64,000 bases of DNA from a virus (IMGVR_UViG_3300017914_002582:3526-67525); one strand, 5' to 3'. Positions 28,310-40,400 are shown, counted from the stretch's first letter. Program-made: numbers and translations. The notes: generated by a model from the sequence alone, not told the origin.

Positions 28310-31300
28310 ATGGCAATAGATACTACACTAACAGGAAGTGCCCCATATTACGATGACTGGACTGCATCCAAAAATGAGGATAAAAACTATCTTAAAATTC
28401 TGTTTCAGCCTGGAAGACCTGTTCAGGCAAGAGAGTTGACACAAATCCAAAGTGGTATTCAAGATCAGATTGATAAATTTGGACGGAATGTATTTGTTGA
28501 AGGCACGAGAGTACTTGATGGTGAAATCGATATTGATAATAAAGTTCGATGGATCGAGATCGAATTAAATAATGACGCGCTTAACGCAGCAGTAGATACT
28601 GATAGACCATTAATCGGAAAAACACTTTATGCTGATTCAGGGAGTGCTACACCAAGTTCTAATCCTGCTGACGTTGATGTATACGCATCTATTTTAGATT
28701 ATGAATTAGTTTCTGATTCTAAATATCGTTTTTATCTTCGGTACAACTCTGGTAATGAGGGAGCAGCGGATGCGCCAGACTTTAATAATTCGACTCGGAC
28801 ATTTGAAGATATCAAAATTGGAGAAGATGTTGAAACATACTTGAATGCTAATAATGTTGTCGGTGATGGAACTACTGTAGTTAGTACTGGATACGCTATA
28901 AAAATCCATAATAATAAAGGTGTATTTTTTACAAAGGGATATTTTGTTGTAGCTGAAGAACAAACAAAATACATAAAAACAGCAGCTGTAGATGGTTCAA
29001 GTAATCCAATTGCGGACGCAACTGTTGAAGGTTCAATCGGATTTACTATTACTGAAAGTACTGTAAGCGCGGTTGGAGATTCTACTCTGTATGACAATGC
29101 CCAAGGTACAAGTAACTTTAGTGCACCTGGTGCAGATCGTTATGTTATCACTTTAGACCTTACACTTATTTCTGATGATTTTACTTCAGGCACACCTAAC
29201 GTAGTTGCAACAACTGCATCAAATGTAGTAAACGTAACATCTCTTTTTTCAACCGAAGCGGTAGAACCTGTAAAAACAAAATATAATGTACTTGGCGAAA
29301 CTTTGGCTGAAAGAACATTTGAAGAAAGCGGTAACTATGCCCTTCAACCGTTTGAACTTGACTTGCGAGAACACTTAGATAATGGAGAAAACCGTGGTAG
29401 ATATACAACAGGAAATGGAGGCAACCCAGCAAAGTTTGTCGTTGGTTTAGAACCAAGTGTTGCGTACGTTAATGGAAAAAGAGTCGAGGTACTTACTAAA
29501 CAAGAAATTGTAGTTGACAAAGCTCGAGAAACAGAAATACATTCAGATTTAGAAATACAAGCACGTCAAGGGTCATATATTGAAGGGGATTCAATCAAGT
29601 ATCTCCCAACATTAAACACAGTAACTTATGAATTATATTCTAGTGATTCTCCCGGCAATCTTATTGGAACTTGTGCAGTAAGAGGTATTGAGTACACTGG
29701 CCGAGTGTATCGTCTTTACATAAAGGATTTAGCTTTAGAGTCTGGAAAACTTTTACGAGATGCTGTACATCTTGAAGATTCTGGCTCAGATGATTTTGAA
29801 TTTACAGCATCGGAAGAACTTGGAGGCTTCACTCTCAACGATGTAAGTGAATTTGATGATTTATTTGTTTTGCCTGGTCTTAATACTAAAACTCTAATTA
29901 AAGAAGCATCATCAATTAATTTACCAAAAAGAGCAACTTCACCTTCAACTTCCGTAAACAGCAGTCAATTAGTAATAAATTTAAGTGGTTCACAGAAGTT
30001 TTATTTAGACAGCGTAAATGATTATATCGTATACGATAATTCAACTGGTGATACCATCGTTGTGGATGCAGTTAGTCTTACACAGAACTCAACAAGGCTT
30101 ACTCTTACTTTAGACAATTTTACTTCAGGTTTCGCAAAAGTTACATATTCTTTTAGAGAAGAAGGAAGCCTTAGAAGTAAAACTAAACAAATTGTAAGTA
30201 GTGAAGTCATAAGCACAGCAACATATAGTGTGGGTGACACTGCGGCTTTAGCTAATGATGATGTTATAGAAATTATTAGTTTAGTTGATAGTAATGGAAC
30301 AAATGTTTTAAATAAATTTAATTTAGATAATGGTCAGACAACATCTTCATATAACAATGCTAAACTAATTTGTACTGAAGCTATTGAAACTTCTACTACT
30401 TTAACTGTTAGTTACTATCACTTTTCTCATGGCTCTGGAGACTATTTTTCAGTCGATTCTTACCCGATAGCAGATTCATCAGATGCTACTAATATACAAA
30501 GAGAAGAAACACCATTTGTCGGCGGCCTTAGTCTTTTAGACCAGCTGGATTTTAGAGGATCAAGTACTAGTTTAGACCCGAATGGTATTATAGAAATAGA
30601 TAAAAAAGAAGATTTTCTTCCACGGCACGATAGGATTGTTTTAAAAAGTAACGGCAAATTTGAATATCTTGTTGGAGATGCTGCTGGTAATAATCCACAA
30701 AAAATACCAGACGATGGTATGTTATTATACGATTTAGATGTCCCTGCATTTACAGCGTCTGTTGCTGACATTGAAATTGGGTATCACGATAATAAAAGAT
30801 ACACAATGCGTGACATTGGTAAAATTGAAAAACGAGTTAAAAACCTAGAATATTATACATCACTTTCTCTTCTAGAAAGACAAACAAGAGATAAAACTAT
30901 TGCCGACTCGTCTGGAGATAGATTTAAAAATGGTATTCTCGTCGATGAATTTAAAGGACACTCTGTTGGAGATCCAGCCGATCCGGGCTATTTGGCTGCA
31001 GTAGACCCAGAAAGAGGTGAACTCAGACCTTCCTTTGCTCCTACTAATATTGGCATATATAATACTGATAACACAGCAAGCGATGTAACGGTAAGTGGTT
31101 CAGCTCAAATTGGCGCTGAAGATATGATTCGTTTACCATCATCAGGTGTTAAAGAACTTATCAATCAACCACATGCTGCCGTAGCAATTAGTGTTAATCC
31201 ATTCGATGTTGCATCTTGGGTTGGTGAAATTAGACTATCCCCTTCAAGTGATGAGTGGAAAGATACAAATCGTAGGCCGGATGTTATTATCAAACAAGAT

Positions 31301-33343
31301 AATAATGCAGAAGCAATATTGTTAGCCACTAACGCAGCATTAGCAGCTTCTGGAACAAGATGGAACGATTGGAATACAACATGGTCTGGTGTAACAGCTA
31401 CTACAAGTTTGGGATGGCAAAGCTTTGGTGCAACTCAAAGACATTTTGGAGATAGGGCTCAACACACACGAAATTGTAATTGCGGGCACCGAAACACTTT
31501 AACAGTTCCAACATTTAATGGTGGGACACTTACAGGTAGACAAGGTGGCAACGGTCTTACAAGAGGACAATTCCTCCTAGAACAAAGAACTACTCGTACC
31601 GAGCAAATTAGAGAGGGTATACAACAATTTGCAGAATTGCAAACCATAACTCAATCTGTAGGAGACAGAGTTGTTGATACTTCTTTTGTTCCATTCATAC
31701 GTTCAAGAAAAGTTTATTTTGAAGCTACTGGGCTAAAACCAAACACGCGAGTGTACCCGTTCTTTGATAATATAGATTTAAGCGATTATTCAAGTGAAGC
31801 TGCATTTGTAGAGTTTAGAGACGACCAAACTAGAACAGATCATACTGATGATTCTCCTGGCGAAATCACTAGTGGAAATCTTGTGACTGATTCAAATGGT
31901 GACGTATCTGGTTATTTCGTTATTCCTAATAATGAAGGATTAAGATTTAGAACTGGTGAAAGACAGTTTAGATTGGTAGATAGAAGTGATAATGATTTGT
32001 CAATAGCTAATACTTATGCAACTGCAACTTATACCGCTAGAGGTATAGTACAAACTGTGCAAGAGCAAATTATTTCTACTCAACAAGTAGTAATTGATGA
32101 AAGACGAGTCACAGAAACTAGAACAGTTACTAGCACAGAAACTGCTGCAACTGCAGTAAGACACGTTGACCCATTAGCTCAAACATTTGTCGTTGACCCA
32201 GATAGATTCCCTGATGGAGTGTTTGTTAAAGATATTGATTTGTTCTTTAGACAAGTTCATAGCACATTACCAGTTAGAATTCAACTTGTAACAACTGAAA
32301 ACGGCATACCAACCCAAAAGGTTGTACCCTTTTCTAGAGTTAGAAAGACTGCAGCACAAATGGCTGATAGAGCAAGTGAGGACGCGAGTGTAGCAACTAA
32401 CTTTACATTTAAGTCTCCTATCCATCTTAAGGCCGGAGTTGAATATGCGGTTGTCGTGTTGTCAAACTCGCCGGATTATTTATTGTGGCATTCGGAAGTA
32501 GGCGGAACGGACGTATTAACTGGCAAAAGAATTATTAAAAACCCATATACTGGAGTTGCTCTTAAATCAGCCAATGCTTCTACTTGGACTCCAGATCAAA
32601 ATAAAGATTTTAAATTTATTATAAGGTATATGGAATTTGATGTTGGAACAAAAACAGTCGGTGGAGGAGCTGGTCAAACTGGCCATGGAAACTTCATACC
32701 TGTTTTACCAGCCGGAGTAGATGATAGTCCTAATCAACTCTTTGTTGATGCTGTTAATTTGATTGCGGATTCGGTTATACTTCCACAAACTAGTGCTAAA
32801 TTTACTATTAACATTGGTGGTTCTACATATAACATTGAACCAAATAGAGTAATTGAATTGCCTTCTAGAGTAGAAGTAACTGAAGCAGGTGATATTACAG
32901 TAAACTGCTCATTAACAACAAACAATTCATTATTAACTCCAATGATTGATATGGGTAGAATGTCATTATTAACATTTAAGAATGGTATTAATAATGATAA
33001 TACTTCAGAGGATAGTCCTACACATGGAGCTGCAGAGGCTCGTTATATAACTCGTATGACAAGTTTAGAAAATGCTTCAACTAGAATGGATGTTTATGTT
33101 GACATATCAAGACCTTCATCTATTACAAATGTAGAAGCTTATATTCGATATACTGATGGCGGAACATTTACTAAAATGCAATCAAATGCTATTCCTATTG
33201 GCGGAGGGTTTAATGAAGTACACTTTAGAACAAGTGAAGATGAACCTTCTTACGATAAGTTCCAGATCAAGTTTGTATTGTTGAGTTCTGATGGTGCACA
33301 AATACCAAAACTGAAAAACTTTAGAGCTATAGCTACTTCGTAA
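28310..33343 (+). CDS. VrlC-like / DUF4815 baseplate structural protein
   Basis: PYYDD...YLKILFQPGRPVQARELTQIQS, LAERTFEESGNY, RYTMRDIGKIEKRVKNLEYYTSLSLLE, DPLAQTF, FVKDIDLFF. Confidence 0.88.
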   Translation: MAIDTTLTGSAPYYDDWTASKNEDKNYLKILFQPGRPVQARELTQIQSGIQDQIDKFGRNVFVEGTRVLDGEIDIDNKVRWIEIELNNDALNAAVDTDRPLIGKTLYADSGSATPSSNPADVDVYASILDYELVSDSKYRFYLRYNSGNEGAADAPDFNNSTRTFEDIKIGEDVETYLNANNVVGDGTTVVSTGYAIKIHNNKGVFFTKGYFVVAEEQTKYIKTAAVDGSSNPIADATVEGSIGFTITESTVSAVGDSTLYDNAQGTSNFSAPGADRYVITLDLTLISDDFTSGTPNVVATTASNVVNVTSLFSTEAVEPVKTKYNVLGETLAERTFEESGNYALQPFELDLREHLDNGENRGRYTTGNGGNPAKFVVGLEPSVAYVNGKRVEVLTKQEIVVDKARETEIHSDLEIQARQGSYIEGDSIKYLPTLNTVTYELYSSDSPGNLIGTCAVRGIEYTGRVYRLYIKDLALESGKLLRDAVHLEDSGSDDFEFTASEELGGFTLNDVSEFDDLFVLPGLNTKTLIKEASSINLPKRATSPSTSVNSSQLVINLSGSQKFYLDSVNDYIVYDNSTGDTIVVDAVSLTQNSTRLTLTLDNFTSGFAKVTYSFREEGSLRSKTKQIVSSEVISTATYSVGDTAALANDDVIEIISLVDSNGTNVLNKFNLDNGQTTSSYNNAKLICTEAIETSTTLTVSYYHFSHGSGDYFSVDSYPIADSSDATNIQREETPFVGGLSLLDQLDFRGSSTSLDPNGIIEIDKKEDFLPRHDRIVLKSNGKFEYLVGDAAGNNPQKIPDDGMLLYDLDVPAFTASVADIEIGYHDNKRYTMRDIGKIEKRVKNLEYYTSLSLLERQTRDKTIADSSGDRFKNGILVDEFKGHSVGDPADPGYLAAVDPERGELRPSFAPTNIGIYNTDNTASDVTVSGSAQIGAEDMIRLPSSGVKELINQPHAAVAISVNPFDVASWVGEIRLSPSSDEWKDTNRRPDVIIKQDNNAEAILLATNAALAASGTRWNDWNTTWSGVTATTSLGWQSFGATQRHFGDRAQHTRNCNCGHRNTLTVPTFNGGTLTGRQGGNGLTRGQFLLEQRTTRTEQIREGIQQFAELQTITQSVGDRVVDTSFVPFIRSRKVYFEATGLKPNTRVYPFFDNIDLSDYSSEAAFVEFRDDQTRTDHTDDSPGEITSGNLVTDSNGDVSGYFVIPNNEGLRFRTGERQFRLVDRSDNDLSIANTYATATYTARGIVQTVQEQIISTQQVVIDERRVTETRTVTSTETAATAVRHVDPLAQTFVVDPDRFPDGVFVKDIDLFFRQVHSTLPVRIQLVTTENGIPTQKVVPFSRVRKTAAQMADRASEDASVATNFTFKSPIHLKAGVEYAVVVLSNSPDYLLWHSEVGGTDVLTGKRIIKNPYTGVALKSANASTWTPDQNKDFKFIIRYMEFDVGTKTVGGGAGQTGHGNFIPVLPAGVDDSPNQLFVDAVNLIADSVILPQTSAKFTINIGGSTYNIEPNRVIELPSRVEVTEAGDITVNCSLTTNNSLLTPMIDMGRMSLLTFKNGINNDNTSEDSPTHGAAEARYITRMTSLENASTRMDVYVDISRPSSITNVEAYIRYTDGGTFTKMQSNAIPIGGGFNEVHFRTSEDEPSYDKFQIKFVLLSSDGAQIPKLKNFRAIATS

Positions 33344-33552
33344 TGGATGATTACAGCCCAGTTGAAGATAATCCTAAATTGGTTAGAGATAACTATAGTA
33401 AAGCGATTATAAATACTGACAGTGAGGCTTATGATGCGTATATGAAACGTAAGAAGAAAGCTATAGAAAAAGAAAATGAATTACAAAATTTAAAAAAGGA
33501 AGTAAGTGAAATAAAAGACTTACTTATACAAATTGCAAAAAAGGTAGGATAA
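33343..33552 (+). CDS. Conserved small coiled-coil protein, 69 aa
   Basis: VEDNPKLVRD..SKAIINTD..AY pattern, which typically follows VrlC-like genes in marine T4-like phages; stop/start overlap with the upstream gene. Confidence 0.8.
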   Translation: MDDYSPVEDNPKLVRDNYSKAIINTDSEAYDAYMKRKKKAIEKENELQNLKKEVSEIKDLLIQIAKKVG

Positions 33553-33555
33553 AAA

Positions 33556-36500
33556 ATGCCACAGCAGACAGATACATTTACTTCGTTATCAGCTCAGTTG
33601 ACAGCTAGAAATTTAGGAACAGTTGGAGATACATTTACTCTTCCAGCTAACTATAGTAGCTCGATACTGGAATCTGAAAAGCTCGCATTTCCGTCTGGAG
33701 GTATTTCCACCACACAATCACTCAATGAATTTCGTAAAGTTGTAAACCAAATTGCAGTTGACTTAAAGGATGAGTCGGAGAATCTACAAGCACAGATTAC
33801 AGACAAAGGTGTTGACATCAGCGAGATCGATACTAACCTTATCGAAATCGGAAGTGATTTACAAGATATTGCTACTGATTTAATTCGTAAGGCTTGGGAC
33901 TCGATTCAAATTAATGCTGGAACTGGCTTATCAGGCGGGGGTGATCTTACTGCTGACAGAACAGTAAATCTAAAAGTAGCCACTACTACTGAAATCGGTG
34001 GCACTCGTTCCTTTGCTGGTTCTATTGCAGAAGGTGCAACAGAATCTAGTATCACTGGTCACATTATAGTAGACGACGATGGTTACATGAAAGTTCTAGA
34101 TAACGCAATAGAACTTGGTGTTAAGACCCGCGGTAATTATGTCAAAGCAGTTTCTTCTACGGTTGGGGATGGTGTTACGATTACTAATTCTTCTGGTGAA
34201 GGGGTAACTCCTGACTTTAAATTAACAGAAAGAATTGTTGCTGGGACGATTGGTTCTTCTAGTACTTCTTCTAATATCAAGACTGTTAATGTTCCAAAGA
34301 TCACATATAATAAATTCGGACAAATTACTGCAGTCACTACAGAATCTACAGTCTCTGCAAACAATTCAACCGTTAATTTATTAATAGCTAGTGCGGATAC
34401 AGGTCTTAGATTTGATACCACAGGTAATTCAAAATCTAAAAGTTTTACATTGAATAAAGGTTCTGCCCAATCAATTACTATTAGGCATAATGAAACTCGT
34501 AGTAATGCAGTTGACGAACAGGTTGTTACAACTAGAATAGGGGCGTTTCTTCAAGAAGGAACAGAAATAACTCAAGCGGACGCAGGCGTAAGAATACCTT
34601 CTACTATAAAAATTGATAAATATGGCCACGTTACTAATATTGCAACTAGAGCATTATCGTACGGTATGACACAAGCTAACCGACTTGTATTATCTGCCGC
34701 TGCAAATTATTCAGGTACAATGATTGGTGGTAAAGAAGTCTTCGATTTACATGTCCCAAGAGAGGCTGATTTTAAAGCGCTAAAAGCTGTTGTTGACACT
34801 AACCGTCAGCTAGCACTAGCTGACTTGGACGCGGATGATAATACTGACCTAGCCGAAATCCTTGGTGGAATCGTTTTTGACGGCACTAAAACAACTAAGT
34901 TTTTCCGTAACGCAGTTTTTGCGGGTGATCTTACCATTGGTAAAAATTTCCAGATCGGGGATTTTGGTTTTCCCGCATTATCGATTGATACTGTCCGCGA
35001 TACTATAGGAATCGGTGCACCTAATGCAGGTGGAACAGCCACCATTGCCCAGGTAGATATTTCACTCGATCCAAGGCCGACTGAAGTCGGCGGAGGTGGC
35101 CACCCCGAATCAATAGTCGGCGATGGATCAACAGATGTTGTGGTAAACCTCCACCGTCCAGTAGATGGAGAATCTAAAGGAGGTAGGTTTGGTATTCGTA
35201 TGTCTACATACAGAGGCGGCAGTTACAATGGAAGGCCGCTTCTAGGAAGATCAGGTGGCATTTACGCTACTGTTGACGAAAGTCATGGTAATCAAGTAGG
35301 ACTAGCTTTCCATACTGGTTCATCTTCTGCAACTACGGAGTTCGGTGTTGAAAGAATGAAACTCACACACGATGGCCGACTTGGTATTGGTATTTCTGCA
35401 CCAACCCAAAAATTAGAAGTAATTGGCACCTCAAGGTTTCAAGGTGCAATGCAAATTGATACAGCTGGAGATGCATTAAAAATTACAGGTGACGCAACGT
35501 TAGACAATAGTGATGCATCAATACTCCTTGGTAACAACGGAGTTGACTATCGACTTAAATATGTCGGCAGTGGGTCTGAAACCGAAAACCGTTTTCAAAT
35601 TTTGAGTAATCTTAACGGTACACAAACAAAAATTTTAAATACTACAACTGACGGTAATATTGCTTTCAGTGATGATAGATTAGTTATTAAAACAAGTGGC
35701 AATGTAGGTATCGGTGTTACAAATCCCACGAAAAAACTTCATGTTGCAGGAACCGCACGGTTTACTGGCAATGTTGATTTTGACCAAGACCTTGAAGTTC
35801 AAGGTTCGGTTGGTATCACTGCAGGAGCGTTAAAAACAGAAGAGTGGTTGTACCACGCTGGTGATACAGGATCAGGAGATAGAACTAGTTTTCGTGAAGC
35901 AAAACTTAAAATCTATGGAGGTAGTACATCTGAAGCTGCTAAACACCACTTTAAGTTACTTGAATTTCCTGCTGCTATGACTAACAAATACGCGTTTATT
36001 GAAGTTCATCGAGCGCATGATTACGGAAGTACTAATAACGGCTGTATTCATAAAGTTTTAATTAACGGCAGAATAAATTCTGGCACCGACACTCTTAAGT
36101 ACTATCACAAACACGAAGGTAAAATTTTAATTGACAGTAACAATGTAGCATATATTGAATTTTTCAAAAACACAGCTGGAAACGTTCAAGTATATCTAGT
36201 AGCTGAAGATTATTACGAAGGTACGGTCGATATTCGATATATGGATAAAAGTAGAGAGAGTAGTCAAAGAGCTACTTTATTCGCTAACCCAACATCACAG
36301 GCCACCGCCGACTCTGGGTATTCTTCACAGTACTCTACAAAGGTTGATGGAGACGATAAACCTAATTGGGAAGAAGCATTAGGTGAGCTGACTGTAAATG
36401 GATTACTTAAAACTACAGATAGGTTCACTGCAGATAACTTCTGGCTGGATGTCAACAGAGACGAAACACGAGCATCAATAGGTGGATTTAGCACATCGGG

Positions 36501-39500
36501 TGCTGATAATAGAAGATCAAAAACTGCAGATAATGGAAATATCTTTGATCTATACGGAGATAATAATAGGTTTGCTGAATTTAGAGCTTTAGGTAGTAAT
36601 GTAGGTACACAGAGTTCTGGTAGATTTTTCGCAGGTCAAGCTAGTAATTATGGTGGAGGTTTGCAATATATTGGAAACGCTACTAATGGTGCTGGCGTTA
36701 TTAAAGCAACAGGTGGTAGTAGTGCTAATGATCTAATACAATTCTTTAGAAGAGAAGCCAACTCTGATATTTGTGTATTTGAATATCCGGTTGGTAGTAG
36801 TAATGTAAGTTTTCGTGGGGGTATATCAGTCAAAGATAATGCTACTATCACCCAAAACCTGACTGTAAACGGTACTTCAAGTCTAAAAAATGTTACGGTT
36901 ACTGGCGACCTCACCGTTAGTGGTAAACTTGTTTCTGATGCTCAAGCAGATTCTTTAACATCTAATTTTATTCGTGGACATATTAGTGTAAAGAATCCGA
37001 CTGAAACTGGTACACCGCCAAGTGGCACTGATTCATTTTCAATTAGTAATAGAGATTACAAAAGAGGTAAATCATCATTCTTTGCGGGTACTAATATAGA
37101 TTATTTAGTATTTGAAAAAACTGACCAAAATGGTGCTATACCAGATGGTGGTATGATATTCTCATTTACGGGTAATGATAGTATTGAAAGAGAAAAGGTT
37201 AGAATAACCTCTGCTTCAACTACATTTTTACATCCCGTGCTGTTTGATAGTAATCTATCCATTAGAAAATCCACTAGTACTAATAGAGAGATTACCATTA
37301 ATAGTAGATCAAGTAATAATGACAGGCTAAGAATTGTTTCTCAAGGAACCGGCGGAGCATGGAATACCAACAACAATGGTTTTCAGATAGAAAGAAAAGT
37401 AGATAGCAGCGTTAGAGGATTCGTCAAATTCCCCACTTCCGCTGATTTAGCACTACAGTTCGGTAATGATAGTGGCATTACCATGACAATAAACAATAAT
37501 AAAAATGTTGGTATCGGAACTACTACTCCGCAGAGAAAACTTGATGTTGTAGGACGAGGCAGATTTGCCTATCAAGGCGCAACACTTCAACTTAGTGGTG
37601 ATGATGCAAATAGCCATACATACATAGAATTTCGTAAACAGGCTTCATCTCCTAGAGCAGCTTATATCGGAATTCCGAATAACGGCAGTAATAATATTGA
37701 CATTGCAGCTCAATTGAGTGGTGCTGATATTGAACTTAAGCCAAACAGATTTACTCGGACTAACAAACCTGTAGTAGTTGGGGGAACTACTAGACTAAAC
37801 GATGAAAAATTAAGAGTTGTCGGTAGAGTAAGAATTAACTCTGGCCAAACTATTGCTTCAACTTCGGATTCAAGAGACATAGACAATGCAGCTATAACCA
37901 TTACGCCGGGTAACGATCTTTCCGGACAAGCTCTAGGTCTTGACGCTAATGAAATAATATTCCAATCAGACGGTAATCTAGGTACTATTGGTGACTTCGG
38001 TTTGAACGTTATCATAAATGGACAAGCAAAGCATAAGTTTGCAAATAACGGTCGGGTTGGTATTAATACTTTGACGCGAAACCCAACGGACACGTTAGAG
38101 GTTAATGGAACATTCAGGGCAACCGGCAACTCTGTCGTTGAAGGGACTCTAACTTCAGAAGGAAACATAAAAACTAAAAATAATTTAACAGTTGATAAAG
38201 ACATTATAATGTCTGGCCATGATTTTCGGATGTATAATCGTACTAGAGCTGGTGGAAACAGTCACGACGGCCGTGCATTAGTACACGGAGGTGGAGACGT
38301 ATTAGAAATAAATCATGCTGATGATTTTACCGGCGGTGTTAAGATAGGGAATGTCAATGCTAAACTAAGCATTGGTAGTGCTCGCTTTCTGGGCAGCAGC
38401 GGTGGTGTAATGGATGGAACTAATACAGCCGCGGCTGCATTAACAATTCCTTCCGTTGATGTACTAGGAAGCTTGTTCCTAGACAATACCGAAATTGTAG
38501 CTAGTCAAACATTAAAACTAAACTCTATTAGTAATAAAATATTTATTAGAGGAAATAATAAAGTTGGTATTGGCCGAGAAAACCCACAATACCCTCTTGA
38601 TGTAAATGGTATCATTTCTGCTAGAGGAATAACAGTTGGTAATACATCAGCTGGAGGTTCATCTCAACACAACTTATTATATAATGCAAACAATCGTTAC
38701 ACTGTTACACAATCTGGTACAGCAGCTAGTGGAAGCAATCCAATCAATATTGCTGTATTATTTGATGGAACTCTAAACCCAACTATAGCTACCGGGCTAA
38801 ACTTTAGTGATCCCTATGTCCTTGAGATTGCGGGATTGCCAAATCAAGCTATTCAACGGTACGGAATGGTAGGATGGACTTCTAGATTCTTTGGGCCAAA
38901 GAAATTCAAGATAGAACTATTTGATTCGACGACACAAGTGAACAAATATATCACAGTAGCAGATTTCCAAAATACCGCGAACGAAGAAGCATATAATAGA
39001 GGCTTATATGCTAAAGAAATTGGTAGCGAAGTAGGCATTAGTGGTAATTTCACAAAAATGAAGTTGACTGTATATGAAGCGGGGGCTGGAGGCCAATTAG
39101 CTTTATCTGAAGTATTCTTCATTCACCCCGAAGCAACTAGACCTTTTTCCGGCCTTGTACCAGCTAGTTTACATGAAGGTGGAAGTTTAGACTCTAATCA
39201 AGTCGTTACTGCTGCTGGATTCGGTGCAACTAATCCCACAAACCGTTTAGAAATTAGTACACCGGATTACGATAGCTCCGGCCATGCAACTGATGAAACA
39301 CGGTCTAAAAATATTCCGGTTCGTGTATCGTCAGAAAGTAGTTATAATAACCAAGTTACAGGTATTGAGTTTAAGAATGGTAGTGATAAAACAGCACCTA
39401 CTTCCCGTATTGTTTCTAAAAGAGATGGCAATGCATCAGGTGGTGAAAAACTTGAGTTTCAAACTCAGCCGAAAGTTAATTCTGGAACAAACAATAATCA

Positions 39501-40398
39501 ACCTACAACTAAACTAATTCTAGGTTCCGATGGTGAAAACCAATTAAACGGATATTTAAATATTAACGGAGGGAACGCATATACAACCGCCGTATCACAC
39601 ACACTGACGAGTAATAAAACTTTCAACTTATTATCTTCTAACGTGTTTGTTATTACTGTACCTAGTAGTGAAGACACAGAATCTCATACTATATCAGCAA
39701 AAGCATCTTCTTATCCTGCAGGTGCTACATATACATTTGTAATTAGAAACCAATCAGAGGCAACCGTATTATTTAATTCTGGCCATTTTGTGTGGGTAGG
39801 GGAAACTCCTGAAATATCTAAAAACGGAACTGATATTGTATCAGCAGTTTCGGATGGAAGTAACTTGTATCTTGCTGCTGTCCATGATGATAGTAAACTT
39901 GTGTCGTACGCTAATGTAAGAAATATAAAGACAATTAGTACAAACGCTGTCAGCACCTTTAGTGGCACTCACTCTGGACGAATATACACTCCCTTTTCTG
40001 GAAATATGACAGTTAAAAGACCCAATTCAGATATGATCTTTAACCTTGCTCTACACATTGGTAACAATGATCCAACCCAATATGCAGCTGTCAATATAGA
40101 ATATCAGTGGAATGGAACTGATGGGACTTGGATCGGTGTACCACTTGACGCAGCCGGAGGCGCATCCGCGTTCGGTGGAATTTCAATATTTGGGCACCAT
40201 CTGCAGCGGACAGATCAAATTGGCCCTGTAGTAATACCGACATTAGTTCAAGATGTAGGTAGTTCTAATGAAGGTGATGTATTTTACTGGAGAGTTAGAC
40301 TTCGTAATTCCGATGGAGCTATATTTATAAACCGAAGCGAAAATAATGCGTTTCGTGCTACTAGTTGGATTACCGTAGAAGAACATTATAAGGAGTAA
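33556..40398 (+). CDS. Long tail fibre-like protein, 2280 aa
   Basis: Gly/Thr/Ser-rich with five (G/K/N)xVGI(G/N)...P...L(D/E/H)VxG repeats near 35375, 35698, 37501, 38050 and 38557; distinct C-terminal domains. Confidence 0.8.
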   Translation: MPQQTDTFTSLSAQLTARNLGTVGDTFTLPANYSSSILESEKLAFPSGGISTTQSLNEFRKVVNQIAVDLKDESENLQAQITDKGVDISEIDTNLIEIGSDLQDIATDLIRKAWDSIQINAGTGLSGGGDLTADRTVNLKVATTTEIGGTRSFAGSIAEGATESSITGHIIVDDDGYMKVLDNAIELGVKTRGNYVKAVSSTVGDGVTITNSSGEGVTPDFKLTERIVAGTIGSSSTSSNIKTVNVPKITYNKFGQITAVTTESTVSANNSTVNLLIASADTGLRFDTTGNSKSKSFTLNKGSAQSITIRHNETRSNAVDEQVVTTRIGAFLQEGTEITQADAGVRIPSTIKIDKYGHVTNIATRALSYGMTQANRLVLSAAANYSGTMIGGKEVFDLHVPREADFKALKAVVDTNRQLALADLDADDNTDLAEILGGIVFDGTKTTKFFRNAVFAGDLTIGKNFQIGDFGFPALSIDTVRDTIGIGAPNAGGTATIAQVDISLDPRPTEVGGGGHPESIVGDGSTDVVVNLHRPVDGESKGGRFGIRMSTYRGGSYNGRPLLGRSGGIYATVDESHGNQVGLAFHTGSSSATTEFGVERMKLTHDGRLGIGISAPTQKLEVIGTSRFQGAMQIDTAGDALKITGDATLDNSDASILLGNNGVDYRLKYVGSGSETENRFQILSNLNGTQTKILNTTTDGNIAFSDDRLVIKTSGNVGIGVTNPTKKLHVAGTARFTGNVDFDQDLEVQGSVGITAGALKTEEWLYHAGDTGSGDRTSFREAKLKIYGGSTSEAAKHHFKLLEFPAAMTNKYAFIEVHRAHDYGSTNNGCIHKVLINGRINSGTDTLKYYHKHEGKILIDSNNVAYIEFFKNTAGNVQVYLVAEDYYEGTVDIRYMDKSRESSQRATLFANPTSQATADSGYSSQYSTKVDGDDKPNWEEALGELTVNGLLKTTDRFTADNFWLDVNRDETRASIGGFSTSGADNRRSKTADNGNIFDLYGDNNRFAEFRALGSNVGTQSSGRFFAGQASNYGGGLQYIGNATNGAGVIKATGGSSANDLIQFFRREANSDICVFEYPVGSSNVSFRGGISVKDNATITQNLTVNGTSSLKNVTVTGDLTVSGKLVSDAQADSLTSNFIRGHISVKNPTETGTPPSGTDSFSISNRDYKRGKSSFFAGTNIDYLVFEKTDQNGAIPDGGMIFSFTGNDSIEREKVRITSASTTFLHPVLFDSNLSIRKSTSTNREITINSRSSNNDRLRIVSQGTGGAWNTNNNGFQIERKVDSSVRGFVKFPTSADLALQFGNDSGITMTINNNKNVGIGTTTPQRKLDVVGRGRFAYQGATLQLSGDDANSHTYIEFRKQASSPRAAYIGIPNNGSNNIDIAAQLSGADIELKPNRFTRTNKPVVVGGTTRLNDEKLRVVGRVRINSGQTIASTSDSRDIDNAAITITPGNDLSGQALGLDANEIIFQSDGNLGTIGDFGLNVIINGQAKHKFANNGRVGINTLTRNPTDTLEVNGTFRATGNSVVEGTLTSEGNIKTKNNLTVDKDIIMSGHDFRMYNRTRAGGNSHDGRALVHGGGDVLEINHADDFTGGVKIGNVNAKLSIGSARFLGSSGGVMDGTNTAAAALTIPSVDVLGSLFLDNTEIVASQTLKLNSISNKIFIRGNNKVGIGRENPQYPLDVNGIISARGITVGNTSAGGSSQHNLLYNANNRYTVTQSGTAASGSNPINIAVLFDGTLNPTIATGLNFSDPYVLEIAGLPNQAIQRYGMVGWTSRFFGPKKFKIELFDSTTQVNKYITVADFQNTANEEAYNRGLYAKEIGSEVGISGNFTKMKLTVYEAGAGGQLALSEVFFIHPEATRPFSGLVPASLHEGGSLDSNQVVTAAGFGATNPTNRLEISTPDYDSSGHATDETRSKNIPVRVSSESSYNNQVTGIEFKNGSDKTAPTSRIVSKRDGNASGGEKLEFQTQPKVNSGTNNNQPTTKLILGSDGENQLNGYLNINGGNAYTTAVSHTLTSNKTFNLLSSNVFVITVPSSEDTESHTISAKASSYPAGATYTFVIRNQSEATVLFNSGHFVWVGETPEISKNGTDIVSAVSDGSNLYLAAVHDDSKLVSYANVRNIKTISTNAVSTFSGTHSGRIYTPFSGNMTVKRPNSDMIFNLALHIGNNDPTQYAAVNIEYQWNGTDGTWIGVPLDAAGGASAFGGISIFGHHLQRTDQIGPVVIPTLVQDVGSSNEGDVFYWRVRLRNSDGAIFINRSENNAFRATSWITVEEHYKE

Positions 40399-40400
40399 AA